A stretch of DNA of 64,000 nucleotides. Source: Macrostomum hystrix (taxonomy: Eukaryota > Animalia > Platyhelminthes). The stretch is taken from positions 34,968,001-35,032,000 of the forward strand of contig CATNEN010000038.1 in assembly GCA_950097015.1 (NCBI GenBank), in the 5' to 3' direction. Position numbers and translations under genes: made by a program. The notes beneath the pieces were generated by a model. That model did no database searches. It worked only from the letters and a program-made list of their open reading frames with translations, and was not told the origin of the DNA. This document shows positions 47,778 to 60,800 of the stretch, piece after piece (within the stretch, counting starts at the first letter, position 1; each line of letters starts with the position of its first letter).

Positions 47778-48398
47778 GCTAAACGCTCATCGCTAAACGC
47801 TCATCGCTAAACGCTCATCGCTAAACGCTCATCGCTAAACGCTCATCGCTAAACGCTCATCGCTAAACGCTCATCGCTAAACGCTCATCGCTAAACGCTC
47901 ATCGCTAAACGCTCATCGCTAAACGCTCATCGCTAAACGCTCATCGCTAAACGCTCATCGCTAAACGCTCATCGCTAAACGCTCATCGCTAAACGCTCAT
48001 CGCTAAACGCTCATCGCTAAACGCTCATCGCTAAACGCTCATCGCTAAACGCTCATCGCTAAACGCTCATCGCTAAACGCTCATCGCTAAACGCTCATCG
48101 CTAAACGCTCATCGCTAAACGCTCATCGCTAAACGCTCATCGCTAAACGCTCATCGCTAAACGCTCATCGCTAAACGCTCATCGCTAAACGCTCATCGCT
48201 AAACGCTCATCGCTAAACGCTCATCGCTAAACGCTCATCGCTAAACGCTCATCGCTAAACGCTCATCGCTAAACGCTCATCGCTAAACGCTCATCGCTAA
48301 ACGCTCATCGCTAAACGCTCATCGCTAAACGCTCATCGCTAAACGCTCATCGCTAAACGCTCATCGCTAAACGCTCATCGCTAAACGCTCATCGCTAA
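47778..48398. repeat. Perfect 14-bp tandem repeat (GCTAAACGCTCATC)n, ~44 copies
   Basis: No variants seen by eye; about 90 bp upstream of the RTRAF ATG. Confidence 0.98.
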
Positions 48399-48993
48399 TT
48401 TACAATTTATAATAATATGTGACAGTCGAATTTAAACAAGGCACAGTGGTCAATAGTCAGGGACGAATATGAAAATAATTCTTCACTCACTTTCAAATTA
48501 CAATGATGTAATACATTCTTCCTTTTGAATTCTGGTCATTCTGAGGAACAGATAATCGCATGTTTAAAAATATATGAACTTTTCATATTAACCAAATATG
48601 CATCAAACTAAAGAGGATCACTTAGCTACTACACAAACTAATGTAAGTAGCTAATTGAGCGTACGATGCCACAAAAAATGCTAGGCGAAGGTTAACAGTA
48701 AGACAGCAGAGAACAATTTTTGGCCTTTAGGCGACAGCTTAAGACATAAAAATATTTCCTGTCTTAAAACAACTATTTAAGTATGTTAGTAGGTGTCAAA
48801 CTAATCTAATATACGTTAGTTACTACATAATAAGAAAACTAGTTTACGCCAATTATGTCATTGGTTTTTTCTTAGAAAACAACAAGTTTAGATAACCACT
48901 TGAACTACTAATTGATCAGCTACCTGACTTATCACACCTATCTACTCAGCAATCTTTTCAATATTATATCAATATTAATAGTTAATCAGGCAA

Positions 48994-49275
48994 TCAGATA
49001 TTGAATCCCAGATTGCGCAGGCATAGCTTGTGGGCCTCAATCAGATCCGAGCACTCGGCCTCGCCCTTGGCCATAATGCACTGATCGCGCAGCTTCCTAG
49101 TATCCGGGCAGGCGCAGCACGGCTTCAATTTGTTGCCATTGGCATCAACGGGCACCTTGTCAGCCATCTGGGCTCGCTTCTCCTTCAGGCTGCAGCCCTG
49201 CTGCATGTCGCACTCCGAGGTTTTGTCACAACCGGCTGATGCCGCCACAGTTGTTGAAGCACTTCCACTGTTCAT
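48994..49275 (-). CDS. COX17: Cytochrome c oxidase copper chaperone COX17
   Basis: [45 protein letters not shown] (CCxC plus twin CX9C). TTTCAG acceptor 11 nt upstream of the ATG. Confidence 0.96.
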   Translation of the reverse strand: MNSGSASTTVAASAGCDKTSECDMQQGCSLKEKRAQMADKVPVDANGNKLKPCCACPDTRKLRDQCIMAKGEAECSDLIEAHKLCLRNLGFNI

Positions 49276-49298
49276 CTCTTGCCGAGCTGAAACGCAAA

Positions 49299-50250
49299 TA
49301 GTCTATACAAATCCATAAAAATGGGATTGCTAGTCCATACAAATGGGATTGCTAGTTTATACAAATGGGGATTGCTAGTCTATACAAATGGGGATGGCTA
49401 GTCTATAGGGATTGCTAGTCTATAAAAATGGGGATTGCTAGTCTATAAAAATGGGGATTGCTAGTGTATACAAATGGGGATGGCTAGTCTATAGGGATTG
49501 CTAGTCTATAAAAATGGGGATTGCTAGTCTATAAAAATGGGGATTGCTAGTGTATACAAATGGGGATTGCTAGTCTATAGGGATTGCTAGTCTATAAAAA
49601 TGGGGATTGCTAGTCTATAAAAATGGGGATTGCTAGTGTATACAAATGGGGATGGCTAGTCTATAGGGATTGCTAGTCTATAAAAATGGGGATTGCTAGT
49701 CTATAAAAATGGGGATTGCTAGTGTATACAAATGGGGATGGCTAGTCTATAGGGATTGCTAGTCTATAAAAATGGGGATTGCTAGTCTATAAAAATGGGG
49801 ATTGCTAGTGTATACAAATGGGGATGGCTAGTCTATAGGGATTGCTAGTCTATAAAAATGGGGATTGCTAGTCTATAAAAATGGGGATTGCTAGTGTATA
49901 CAAATGGGGATTGCTAGTCTATAGGGATTGCTAGTCTATAAAAATGGGGATTGCTAGTCTATAAAAATGGGGATTGCTAGTCTATAAAAATGGGGATTGC
50001 TAGTCTATAAAAATGGGGATTGCTAGTGTATACAAATGGGGATGGCTAGTCTATAGGGATTGCTAGTCTATAAAAATGGGGATTGCTAGTCTATACAAAT
50101 GGGGATGGCTAGTCTATAGGGATTGCTAGTCTATAAAAATGGGGATTGCTAGTCTATACAAATGGGGATGGCTAGTCTATAGGGATTGCTAGTCTATAAA
50201 AATGGGGATTGCTAGTCCATACAAATGGGATTGCTAGTCTATAGGGATTG
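49299..50250. repeat. 23-bp minisatellite (GTCTATA[C/A]AAATGGGGATTGCTA) upstream of COX17
   Basis: Tandem array with periodic short variant units; same family as 57870-61850. Confidence 0.96.
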
Positions 50251-50929
50251 GGGTCATAGCTAAAACTAAGACTACAGTAAATTTGGCAAATCTAGAAGGG
50301 GAGATTCGGGTATAGGATAGTAACACATGCACATTGCAACGCAAATTCTCACTGTGCCTTGGGGGCCTAGCCATTGTGACACGCTTGATTCGAGATAAAC
50401 TTAGATTATGAAAGCTAGAAAAAAATACATGACAGACAAAACTGAAACCTGATATAGCTTCTCGAATACTAACATTAGCTGTTGATAAATAGAATAACGC
50501 AGCACTAAAAAAGCAAAACGCTTTTGACTTCTATTTTTCAATACATATAGCAAATGTCGAAACGACTAAATTAATTGCGAGGCAAATCAGGTAGACAAAA
50601 AAGATACTATAATGGTAAAATGGTAAAAATATACAATTACTCCGACTGGTTAAAAAACACGATCAGTAAAAGCTCGTTTACATATCCTTGTAACGTGGCT
50701 AAAACGTAAGATTAACCTTTTAGGTTGCGATTTCATGGGACGGTTTTAACTGGCTCTGTAATCGTGTTAAGCCGACTGGGCCGACCCTCCGCCTGTCTGT
50801 GCGTGCGGCTCGCGCGTGTGCATCCCTGCCGCAAGGTGGGGTGCTGGGTGCCGGCCGGCAGGTGGGGTGGTTTGTTTGGGGGGTGGCGGCGTCGGCCCCA
50901 CTTTTACGCCCTTGTGGCCCCAGCGTCGG

Positions 50930-51100
50930 CACGGCGGTTAACGCGCTTGGGTCTCACACCGAGGTCCCTGAGCTCGATTCAGGGAGGCCTGGGGTATCTT
51001 GAAATTTACGCCCTTGAGGGCTAACCTCCAAGCCAGGGCATGTGTACACACCAGTGTGAGTTTGTGCCTGCGTACAGTATCTGTGTGCGTGTGTGCTCAG
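50930..51100 (+). mobile_element. SINE family B-related partial copy, preceded by a GC-rich repeat-like segment (~50740-50930)
   Basis: GCGGTTAACGCG...GTCCCTGAGCTCGATTC...AATTTACGCCCTTGAGGGC...GTGCCTGCGTACAGTATCTGTGTG. Confidence 0.65.
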
Positions 51101-51659
51101 GTACGTCATTTAGAGGTAGGTGAAACGATCCTTAAATATAAAAACCTACTTACAAGAATAATTTTGCTTACGCGCAAAAATTCTGCCACGAGATTTTATT
51201 GGCTAGCAAAGTTTACTATTTATTACATAGTTAATTAACAGCAGCTAATCAAATTTCGATAGTAATAATGTAAAATGAGCCAAGCAAACTAAAGAATTTA
51301 TGAATAAGCGTGATATTATACAATAAAAGCAAAAAAATGTGCTTATCAATTTGTATTGCAAAATTAGATTAAAAAGCTGTTAATAAGATTAACATTATAA
51401 GATTAATAAGATTAACACTGAGAAAGCATCACTAAAGCGATCACTAAATCAAGTGGAGTTGCAGCGTCAGCTAGGCGACAGGAACGCTGCCAACGCACTT
51501 GGCATCACTTTACAAGAAAACCGCGCACGCATTATTGAGCGTGAACTGGAGTCCAGTATGGCAGCTGTTCAAGCTTGTTTAAGCTTTTTTCTCACAGCTA
51601 TAACGACTAAATAAAAATAAAATACGATTGCTTATTTATTCGTTAAAAATTGTACTATT

Positions 51660-54055
51660 CTGGGCCGGGAATGTGTTGTCTATGGTAAATTTTGGTGAGA
51701 TTATTTGACAAAAACTAGGATATTATACCATATAATCTCCTCGAAATAAGGAGCATTATATGGAACATTGAAGTGAACTTTGAATTCGGCTTTTACGTTT
51801 TGCCACCACTGACTGACTTGCTGCTTCGTGACTGTATCTTCGTGAGAAATTAATTTTTTGTCTATGGTCGGAATCAAATGGTCTAAACCTATATGTCTAT
51901 CAATCAGATGGGATGCCCCCGAAAAATAAGCAATCGAATTTCATATATGATAAACGCCGTTTAATTCATCATAGTCTATGGTTAGAATGTCCGAGGCTGC
52001 GTTTAATGGTCTTGAGGCGAGCTTCGAAGTTACAAAAGTTACAAAAGACGGATTTAGAGGGACTCGACTAAATCTATTTTAATTTTTTACTATGTATAAG
52101 ATAATACCCCCCAAAAACGTTTCTTTGGCCATGAAGTCGGCTTTGAGACTCGTTTCTTGGCCGAGGCTGCGCCCCCAACGCTTTTGGGGGGTATTATCAT
52201 ATTTAATCTTAGGCATGGTACAGCCTGGAACCCTCCCGAAAGTTGACTATGGCCGTGAAGATATTCTGCGAGGCTACATAGTTAGCTGTTTATGTCCAAA
52301 AAGACAGTTTACTCGGCTGTTCAACTGAATCAATTGGCATGGAAAGCAGAGCGTCTTTAGACCCGTCGGAGTTTTTTATATCTGCTGAGCTGCTCGACTT
52401 CTACGAAGAGAAGCACGAAGGAGTCCAACGCTTCAAGATGATGACAAATGAAGACATTGAAAGAGAGCTGTTGGCAAGCGCACCTGCGTCAACGAGGAAA
52501 AAGGCCGATTGGGCTATGAGCGTCTTTACCGCATGGCACGAGGCCAAGAAGACTGCTTGGGCTGATGGATCTGCTCCTGGTCTGATGGTGATTAAGAGTT
52601 GCGAAGAAATGAGCAAAGCCGATCTGAACTGCCTGCTTAAGTTTTTTGTATTTGAAGTGCGAACCCACGAAGGCGAACGATACACCGCATCGACGTTAAA
52701 AGACCTGTTTTCGATGATCCAGTACTACTTTCAAAACACCCTAAAGAAGGATTGGAGTTTCTGGAAGGATCCTGAATTTTGCGAGAGTCGACGAGCGTTG
52801 GATGCCTCGATGAAGCTGTCAACGAGGGATGGAAAATGTGCTGGACTCCGTCGAGCTGAAGCAATTCCGTGATCTGTCGAGGACGGCCTCTGGGGCTCCG
52901 AACTTCTTGGAGAGTCGACACCTCAAGCTCTGTCCAATGCGATTGTGTGGCTTGTTGGCAAGCACTTTGCTTTGCGTGGTGGTTCTGAGCTCAGAGATTT
53001 GCAATTTGAGAAGCAGATTCGACTGGATTGCGTCGATGGGAGCGAGTGCCTTAAGTACGTGGACAATTCTGTGACGAAGACACACCAGGGCGGACTGAAA
53101 GGGTTGCGACGGGATCCGAAGGTCGTCCGTGCATTCCATTCTGATGGCCATGAGCGATGCATCGTGTGCATCTATAAGGCTTACATCGCGAAGCGACCTG
53201 AGGACTGTGACCAAGCGCTGTTTTTGTCGCCCAATCGGTTCTGGGCTCCGGGAAAGTCTGGTGGATGGTTCACGAAAACGCCGATGGGTCGACACTCTTT
53301 GGCCGGACTTGTGTCCAACCTGATGTCTAAGGCGGTGCCGGAAGATTCTGGACGGTACACCAACCAGAGCTTGCGGAAGACAACTGCTACCCGACTACAC
53401 GACGCTGGCATTGAACGCGCGGACATTTGTCGGATCACAGGTCATAGTAGTAGTGCCGTTGAACGCTACATTGGCATGTCTGTTAGCATGCAACGTCGTA
53501 CTAGTGCCATCATTGGCGGGAATTCGACGAGCAAGACTTCCGACGCCAATGAAGCGGCTCTCGCTGTGGCTCTGGCTGTGGATGGTCTAGAGACGCCTCT
53601 GGTGGCTCCCAACGCCAATGAAGCGGCTCTTGCTGTGGCTCTGGCTGTGGATGGTCCAGAGACGCCTCTGGTGACTCCCGACGCCAAGAAAACGGATGTC
53701 GTCGCGCTAGAGAAGGTTGGAATTTCTGTTTTGGAACCGAAAGGCAAGAAAATGAGAATAGAAGCTGACGGAGCTAACAACAAGGTAGTGATCTATTTCG
53801 ACTAATGAAGAGCGTGTAGACTTGACAATTTCGTGTAACAATTCTTGTGATGTCTATCTGCCAGCTGTTGAGTTCGTGCTGTTCTGTCATGCTAATAAAT
53901 TACTGTTCATTATGTTCTGCTTATCCTTAATTTTGAATTTTGCTATATGGCGTTTAATGGCCCGGTCAATTAAATTACTGATTTCTTGGCCCGGCCAGTT
54001 AAATGACAGCCATAGACTGTTGGCTGGGCCATGCCGGGGATTAAATCTACGGTAA
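51660..54055 (+). mobile_element. Crypton-like DNA transposon (approximate extent)
   Basis: Recombinase gene plus flanking inverted repeat GATAATACCCCCCAAAA / TTTTGGGGGGTATTATC (52100-52199), GTCTATGG at ~51678, 51860 and 51975 and its complement at ~54010, and TGGCCCGG motifs at 53958-53997. Termini not defined exactly. Confidence 0.6.
52339..53805 (+). pseudogene. Crypton-type tyrosine recombinase (DUF3504 / ZMYM-QRICH1-KCTD1-related) with one in-frame stop
   Basis: ORFs 52339-52872 and 52945-53805 are in the same frame, separated only by TGA at 52870-52872. Read-through gives AEAIP*SVEDGLWGSELLGESTPQALSNAIVWLVGKHFALRGGSELRDL...KTHQGG...YTNQSLRKTTATRL...ITGHSS...VERY, i.e. the R-K-(H/Q)xxR-H-Y catalytic layout. 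Confidence 0.88.
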
Positions 54056-54646
54056 AACCCGAGTGCTGACTAAATCGAACTCACTTTTCTAGGACTGAGC
54101 TGGCCAAAGACAAAATTAATTTAATTTATTTCCAAAATTAGTTAAAATGTATATTCACAAAACTAGCTAATCTATAACACAGACAAAATAAAAAATGAGT
54201 TTAAATGATGGGCTAACTAGAGGGCTTCGCCCCACAACCCTTACCATTAATATAAAATGTTGGTTTGGCTTACCACGGAAATAATTTTTTCTGGGAACTG
54301 CCGTGAAATTTACGCCATAATCGCAAACCACACCCCTAAGACAAAGAGAGAACACTGCCTTACGAGGATGAATTCAGGGCAGATGTACACACCTATGTGT
54401 GCGAGATGACGAATGTGTCCTGATGCGTGTGCGCTTTGGGTCAGTGGAACGTACAGTACTGCTTCCACGCTGTCTGTGTATCGAACAGACTCGCAATGTC
54501 AGATTTTAGCATAGTCTAGATTTCAGAACACACTATTTGGTTAAACAGCTAGGCCAGTTGTAAATGATAATTATAAATATATAGTTTGAATACAACTTGT
54601 GTAGCGTATTTTCTGTTTCGCATTATGTTTCGCCATTCTACATTTC

Positions 54647-54704
54647 TCACTTCGAAACCTCGGCATACGAAGGCGGAGGCGGATAGGGACTAGAGGCAGA
54701 ATAC

Positions 54705-54736
<32 letters not shown>

Positions 54737-55540
54737 CGGTGGCATCGCTTGCGCGGGTTGCATCGGTTGCATTGGATAGGCCATTAAAGGCTGAGCAGAA
54801 GCAGCCGGCCCTGACCTAGCCAGAGCCATCAAAACGTGGTATCGACGATAGCGCTTGAAGAGCCAGATAGCAAACAAGCCGATTAGAAGGATAGCAGAGC
54901 AAACAGTTATGATTAGATTGGCTGTCTCTGAGGACAGGTAGCTAAATGGCGCCGTGTCGCCAGCCAATTTGTAATAGCTGCAAGTGTCGGATCGTTCATC
55001 ATTCTTATTGCCACACTTATAGCTGCCGTCGCAGAAATTTTCGCAAGGAATAATTTGTGACACATCAGAAGACTGGGCAACATCGCTATAAGTCTCGCTG
55101 CGCCAGTGCTGGCAGGTGCATCGGCACACTTTGCGAGTGTACCAATACTCAGTCCAGATGGCGTTCTTGCAGGGAGTGCACAGATTGCACTGTGGCTCCA
55201 TGTACTTTCCAGCGCTACTTGACTTAGCTGCAATGTGCCGCCTGTTGCACTGATTGCGCCATTCACTGAAGCAGGACACCGCGATTGGTCGATTGTAATA
55301 AGACGAGTTCAACAATATCCAAGCGCAATGAAATTCTTTGTTCTGCTTATGACACTCGTTCACGGCTATCGTTTCGGTGCGTTCCTTCGGGTGTAGCTTC
55401 CATAGTTCATTAGTAGCCTTTTTGGAGGCATTTTGGATGACACTACCAGCGTACTCGTGCCATGATTGAGCAAGGCTGCCAGTTGTCAGGCATGTGAGTA
55501 ATACAGTGAAAAATACGATTAGCTCCTGTTTATTTAGCAT
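54647..55540 (-). CDS. Type I single-pass membrane protein: signal peptide, Cys-rich ectodomain ending in an LDLa-like module, Pro/Gln-rich tail with PY motif
   Basis: Hydrophobic N-terminus, many Cys, IPCENFCDGSYKCGNKNDE..C (LDLa-like), TM LIITVCSAILLIGLFAIWLF followed by KRYRR, poly-Q and PPPPSY. Acceptor TTTCAG at ~55586-55591 upstream. Confidence 0.8.
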
Positions 55541-55674
55541 TGCAATCCTTATAGTAAGCAGTTGTTACCAAAGCAGTGAGCCCACCTGAAATCAAAGAGA
55601 GAGCTTCAATGTAACGAATTGAAATCTGAAATTTCTTCCTTGAAGACGAAAATATTTTTGTGGATTTAAAAAAT

Positions 55675-56385
55675 GGCTGTTATAAACGAATCTGAGGACC
55701 TGGAATGGCTGTGTGTGTTGGGAATGAATCTGAGGATCTGGAAGGGCTGTGTGCGTTGGGAATGAATCTGAGGATCTGGAATGGCTGTGTGTGTTATAAA
55801 CGAATCTGAGGATCTGGAATGGCTGTGTGTGTTGGGAATGAATCTGAGGATCTGGAATGGCTGTGTGTGTTGGGAATGAATCTGAGGATCTGGAGTGGCT
55901 GTGTGTTGGGAGTGAATCTGAGGATCTGGAATGGCTGTGTGTGTTGGGAATGAATCTGGGGATCTGGAATGGCTGTGTGTGTTATAAATGAATCTGAGGA
56001 TCTGGAATGGCTGTGTGTGTTGGGAATGAATCTGAGGATCTGGAATGGCTGTGTGTGTTGGGAATGAATCTGAGGATCTGGAATAGCTGTGTGCGTTGGG
56101 AATGAATCTGAGGATCTGGAATGGCTGTGTGTGTTGGGAATGAATCTGAGGATCTGGAATGGCTGTGTGTGTTATAAATGAATCTGAGGATCTGTAGTTG
56201 CTGTGTGTGTTGGGAATGAATCTGAGGATCTGGAATGGCTGTGTGTGTTATAAATGAATCTGAGGATCTGGAATGGCTGTGTGTTGTTGGGAATGAATGT
56301 GAGGATCTGGAGTGGCTGTGTATGTTGAGAATGAATCTGGGGATTTGAGTCGCTATATGTGTTGGGAATGAATCTGAGGATTTAG
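55675..56385. repeat. 38-bp minisatellite (GAATGAATCTGAGGATCTGGAATGGCTGTGTGTGTTGG)
   Basis: Visible tandem array upstream of the membrane-protein gene. Confidence 0.95.
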
Positions 56386-57684
56386 GCTAGGTCTAAGGCT
56401 ACATTTTGGTTCTTAAGAACTTGACGACAGTGGTTTTTTCGAAATAAAAAATAAAAAAGTAGTTTTCTATAATATGAAATCAATATATGTAGTTTAAAAT
56501 AAAAATAACACGAAAAATCACGACGAAAGAATTCTCAAGGTTAGAAAAAAAATAACTTAAATTTTTATGACTATAGAAGCCTTATAGCACAATGAATGAC
56601 AACTCAATGACAACTCATTTATAACATAGTAAAGTATTGTAAAAGGATAATAAGCCTGTCAGTATGTTTCTTTCACAGCCAAACGAGATGCAATAAAACA
56701 GATAATAATCTAGCTAATGAGTCATGCGATGGAGGCAGTGGCGGTCCCTGATTAGAATCTAATTGTTGCTGTCTATAACTGGTTCAACAAAGGTAGACAA
56801 ATCCCTAGCCGATCTTCATATGGTTCAAATGCTGATTGCAATTGAATATTTTGCATTTGCAAGGCTCCAATACGAGTATGTTTTAAGTCGTATTCATCTG
56901 GCAATAAATTGCCGCGTTGATGATAATCGGGCAAGCATCTTTGCTTTCGTCGCAATATAATGAGATCGAATCACGATTGAAATCTTACACAACGTCGCAG
57001 TTTTGGCCACAAGGATAGGCTTCAGCATTGAGTGCATTATAATCAGAACCATATTCGTATGAGTTTGGTCCTAAGTGCAATAACAGACGGACATGTCACT
57101 CTTGGCGCACAGTGTGCAAAGATTGCAACTAGTGTGTTAGGTGTGTTAGGTCTCTAGTCGGATTGCGATCAACTCTAAAACTAATACTCAGAAACAAATA
57201 GGCGTCGTTATACTTTGGTGGCCACACATTCGCCAATTTTCGATTGCACCGATGCCGCCATAAACTAAAGCAGGCCGCAATGACAACCGGACAGCCAGGC
57301 GCAGAAGCTGCGTCTATCGGCCTCCTGATGACAGAGATTCAACGCCGCGGCTATTGTTATGTCAGACTTAACCAAATGCATTAGTTTCGTTTGCACTTTT
57401 AGAGTCGCATTGAACTCTATACCACATGTATTATGTACATGTAATCGTAGAATGCGGCACGAACGCTGCTTGCTACTATCAGTAGAATAATTTGTGCGAT
57501 ATATGTCATCACGATCGATTAAAATCACATATTTAGGCCAATCATGTCATTGGTTTTTTTCTTGTAGTTTAGATAAGTTTAGATAACCACTTGACCTACT
57601 AATTGATAAACTACCTGACTTATCACACCAAACTACTCAGCAATCTTTTCAATATTATATCAATATTATTAGTTAATCAGGCAA

Positions 57685-57845
57685 TCAGATATTGAATCCA
57701 AGATTGCGCAGGCATAGCTTGTGGGCCTCAATCAGATCCGAGCACTCGGCCTCGCCCATGGCCATAATGCACTGATAGCGCAGCTTCCTAGTATCCGGGC
57801 AGGCGCAGCACGGCTTCAATTTGTTGAAGCACTTCCACTGTTCAT
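57685..57845 (-). pseudogene. COX17: COX17 pseudogene within a local segmental duplication (~57535-57900 vs ~48848-49330)
   Basis: Near-identical to COX17, including 3' flank and upstream acceptor, but lacks 121 bp between two TTGTTG copies; reads MNSGSASTN* from the ATG; D>Y and K>M changes downstream. Confidence 0.9.
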
Positions 57846-57869
57846 CTCTTGCCGAGCTGAAACGCAAAT

Positions 57870-60800
57870 AGTCTATACAAATCTATAAAAATGTAGATTG
57901 CTAGTCTACACAAATGGGATTGCTAGTCTATACAAATGGGGATTGCTAGTGTATACAAATGGGGATTGCTAGTCTATATAAATGGGGATTTCTAGTCTGT
58001 ATAAATGGGGATTTCTAGTCCATATAAATGGTGATTTCAAGTCTATATAAATAGAGATTTCTAGTCTTTACAAATGGGGATTGCTAGTCTATACAAATGG
58101 GGATTTCTAGTCTATATAAATCGGGATTTCTATACTATACAAATGGGGATTTCTAGTCTATATAAATGGGGATTTCTAGTCTATACAAATGGGGATTTCT
58201 AGTCTATATAAATGGGGATTTCTAGTCTCTATATGTAGGGATTTCTAGTCTATATAAATGGGGATTTCTAGTCTATATAAATGGGGATTTCTAGTCTATA
58301 TAAATGGGGATTTCTATACTATACAAATAGGGATTTCTAGTCTATATAAATGGGGATTTCTAGTCTATACAAATGGGGATTTCTAGTCTATATAAATGGG
58401 GATTTCTAGTCTCTATATGTAGGGATTTCTAGTCTATATAAATGTGGATTTCTAGTGTATACTAATGTGGATTTCTAGTCTATATAAATGGGGATTTCTA
58501 GTCTATATAAATGGGGATTTCTAGTCTATATAAATGGGGATTTCTAGTCTATACAAATGGGGATTTCTAGTCTATATAAATGGGGATTTCTAGTCTATAC
58601 AAATGGGGATTGCTAGTCTATATAAATGGGGATTTCTAGTCCATATAAATGGGGATTTCTAGTCTATATAAATGGGGATTTCTAGTCCATACAAATGGGG
58701 TTTTCTTTTCTATACAAATGGTGATTTCAAGTCTATATAAATAGAGATTTCTAGTCTTTACAAATGGGGATTGCTAGTCTATACAAATGGGGATTTCTAG
58801 TCTATATAAATGGGGATTTCTATACTATACAAATAGGGATTTCTAGTCTATATAAATGGGGATTTCTAGTCTATACAAATGGGGATTTCTAGTCTATACA
58901 AATGGGGATTGCTAGTCTATACAAATAGGGATTTCTAGTCTATATAAATGGGGATTTCTAGTCTATATAAATGGGGATTTATAGTGTATACAAATGGGGA
59001 TTTCTAGTCTATACAAATGGGGATTTCTAGTCTATATAAATGGGGATTTCTAGTCTATACAAATGGGGATTGCTAGTCTATATAAATGGGGATTTCTAGT
59101 CTATACAAATGGGGATTTCTAGTCTATATAAATGGGGATTTCTAGTCTATATAGATGGGGATTGCTAGTCTATATAAATAGGGATTTCTAGTCTATACAA
59201 ATGGGGATTTCTAGTCTATATAAATGGGGACTTCTAGTCTATACAAATGGGGATTTCTAGTCTATATAAATTGGGATTTCTAGTCTATATAAATGGGGAT
59301 TTCTAGTCTATATAAATGGGGATTTCTAGTCTATATAAATGGGGATTTCTAGTCTATACAAATGGGGATTTATAGTCTATATAAATGTGGATTTCTAGTG
59401 TATACAAATGTGGATTTCTAGTCTATATAGATGGGGATTTCTAGTCTATATAAATAGGGATTTATAGTCTATACAAATGGGGATTTCTAGTCTATATAAA
59501 TGGGGACTTCTAGTCTATACAAATGGGGATTTCTAGTCTATATAAATGGGGATTTCTAGTGTATACAAATGGGGATTTCTAGTCTATATAAATGGGGATT
59601 TCTAGTCTATATAAATGGGGATTTATAGTGTATACAAATGGGGATTTCTAGTCTATACAAATGGGGATTTCTAGTCTATATAAATGGGGATTTCTAGTGT
59701 ATATAAATGGGGATTTCTAGTCTATACAAATGGGGATTTCTAGTCTATATAAATAGGGATTTCTAGTCTATATAAATGGGGATTTCTAGTCTATACAAAT
59801 GGGGATTTCTAGTCTATATAAATGGGGATTTCTAGTCTATATAAATGGGGATTTCTAGTCTATACAAATGGGGATTTCTAGTCTATACAAATGGGGATTT
59901 CTAGTCTATATAAATGGGGATTTCTAGTCTATATAAATGGGGATTTCTAGTCTATATAAATGGGGATTTCTAGTCTATACAAATGGGGATTTCTAGTCTA
60001 TATAAATGGGGATTTCTAGTCTATACAAATGGGGATTGCTAGTCTATATAAATGGGGATTTCTAGTCTGTATAAATGGGGATTTCTAGTCCATATAAATG
60101 GGGATTTCTAGTCTATATAAATGGGGATTTCTAGTCTATACAAATGGGGATTTCTAGTCTATATAAATGGGGATTTCTAGTCTATACAAATGGGGATTGC
60201 TAGTCTATATAAATGGGGATTTCTAGTCTGTATAAATGGGGATTTCTAGTCCATATAAATGGGGATTTCTAGTCTATATAAATGGGGATTTCTAGTCCAT
60301 ACAAATGGGGTTTTCTTGTCTATACAAATGGTGATTTCAAGTCTATATAAATAGAGATTTCTAGTCTTTACAAATGGGGATTGCTAGTCTATACAAATGG
60401 GGATTTCTAGTCTATATAAATGGGGATTTCTATACTATACAAATGGGGATTTCTAGTCTATATAAATGGGGATTTCTAGTCTATACAAATGGGGATTTCT
60501 AGTCTATACAAATGGGGATTGCTAGTCTATACAAATAGGGATTTCTAGTCTATATAAATGGGGATTTCTAGTCTATACAAATGGGGATTTCTAGTCTATA
60601 TAAATGGGGATTTCTAGTCTATACAAATGGGGATTTCTAGTCTATATAAATGGGGATTTCTAGTCTATACAAATGGGGATTTCTAGTCTATATAAATGGG
60701 GATTTCTAGTCTGTATATATAGGGATTTCTAGTCTATATAAATGTGGATTTCTAGTGTATACTAATGTGGATTTCTAGTCTATATAAATGGGGATTTCTA

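Noticed and set aside
52870-52872. Selenocysteine or programmed read-through at the in-frame TGA
   Set aside because: The position is not a Cys-type site, no SECIS was recognised, and a CGA>TGA mutation in a transposon copy is the simpler explanation.
57685-57867. 60-aa ORF as a functional short COX17
   Set aside because: It starts at a non-ATG codon upstream of the splice acceptor; the true ATG frame stops after 9 codons.
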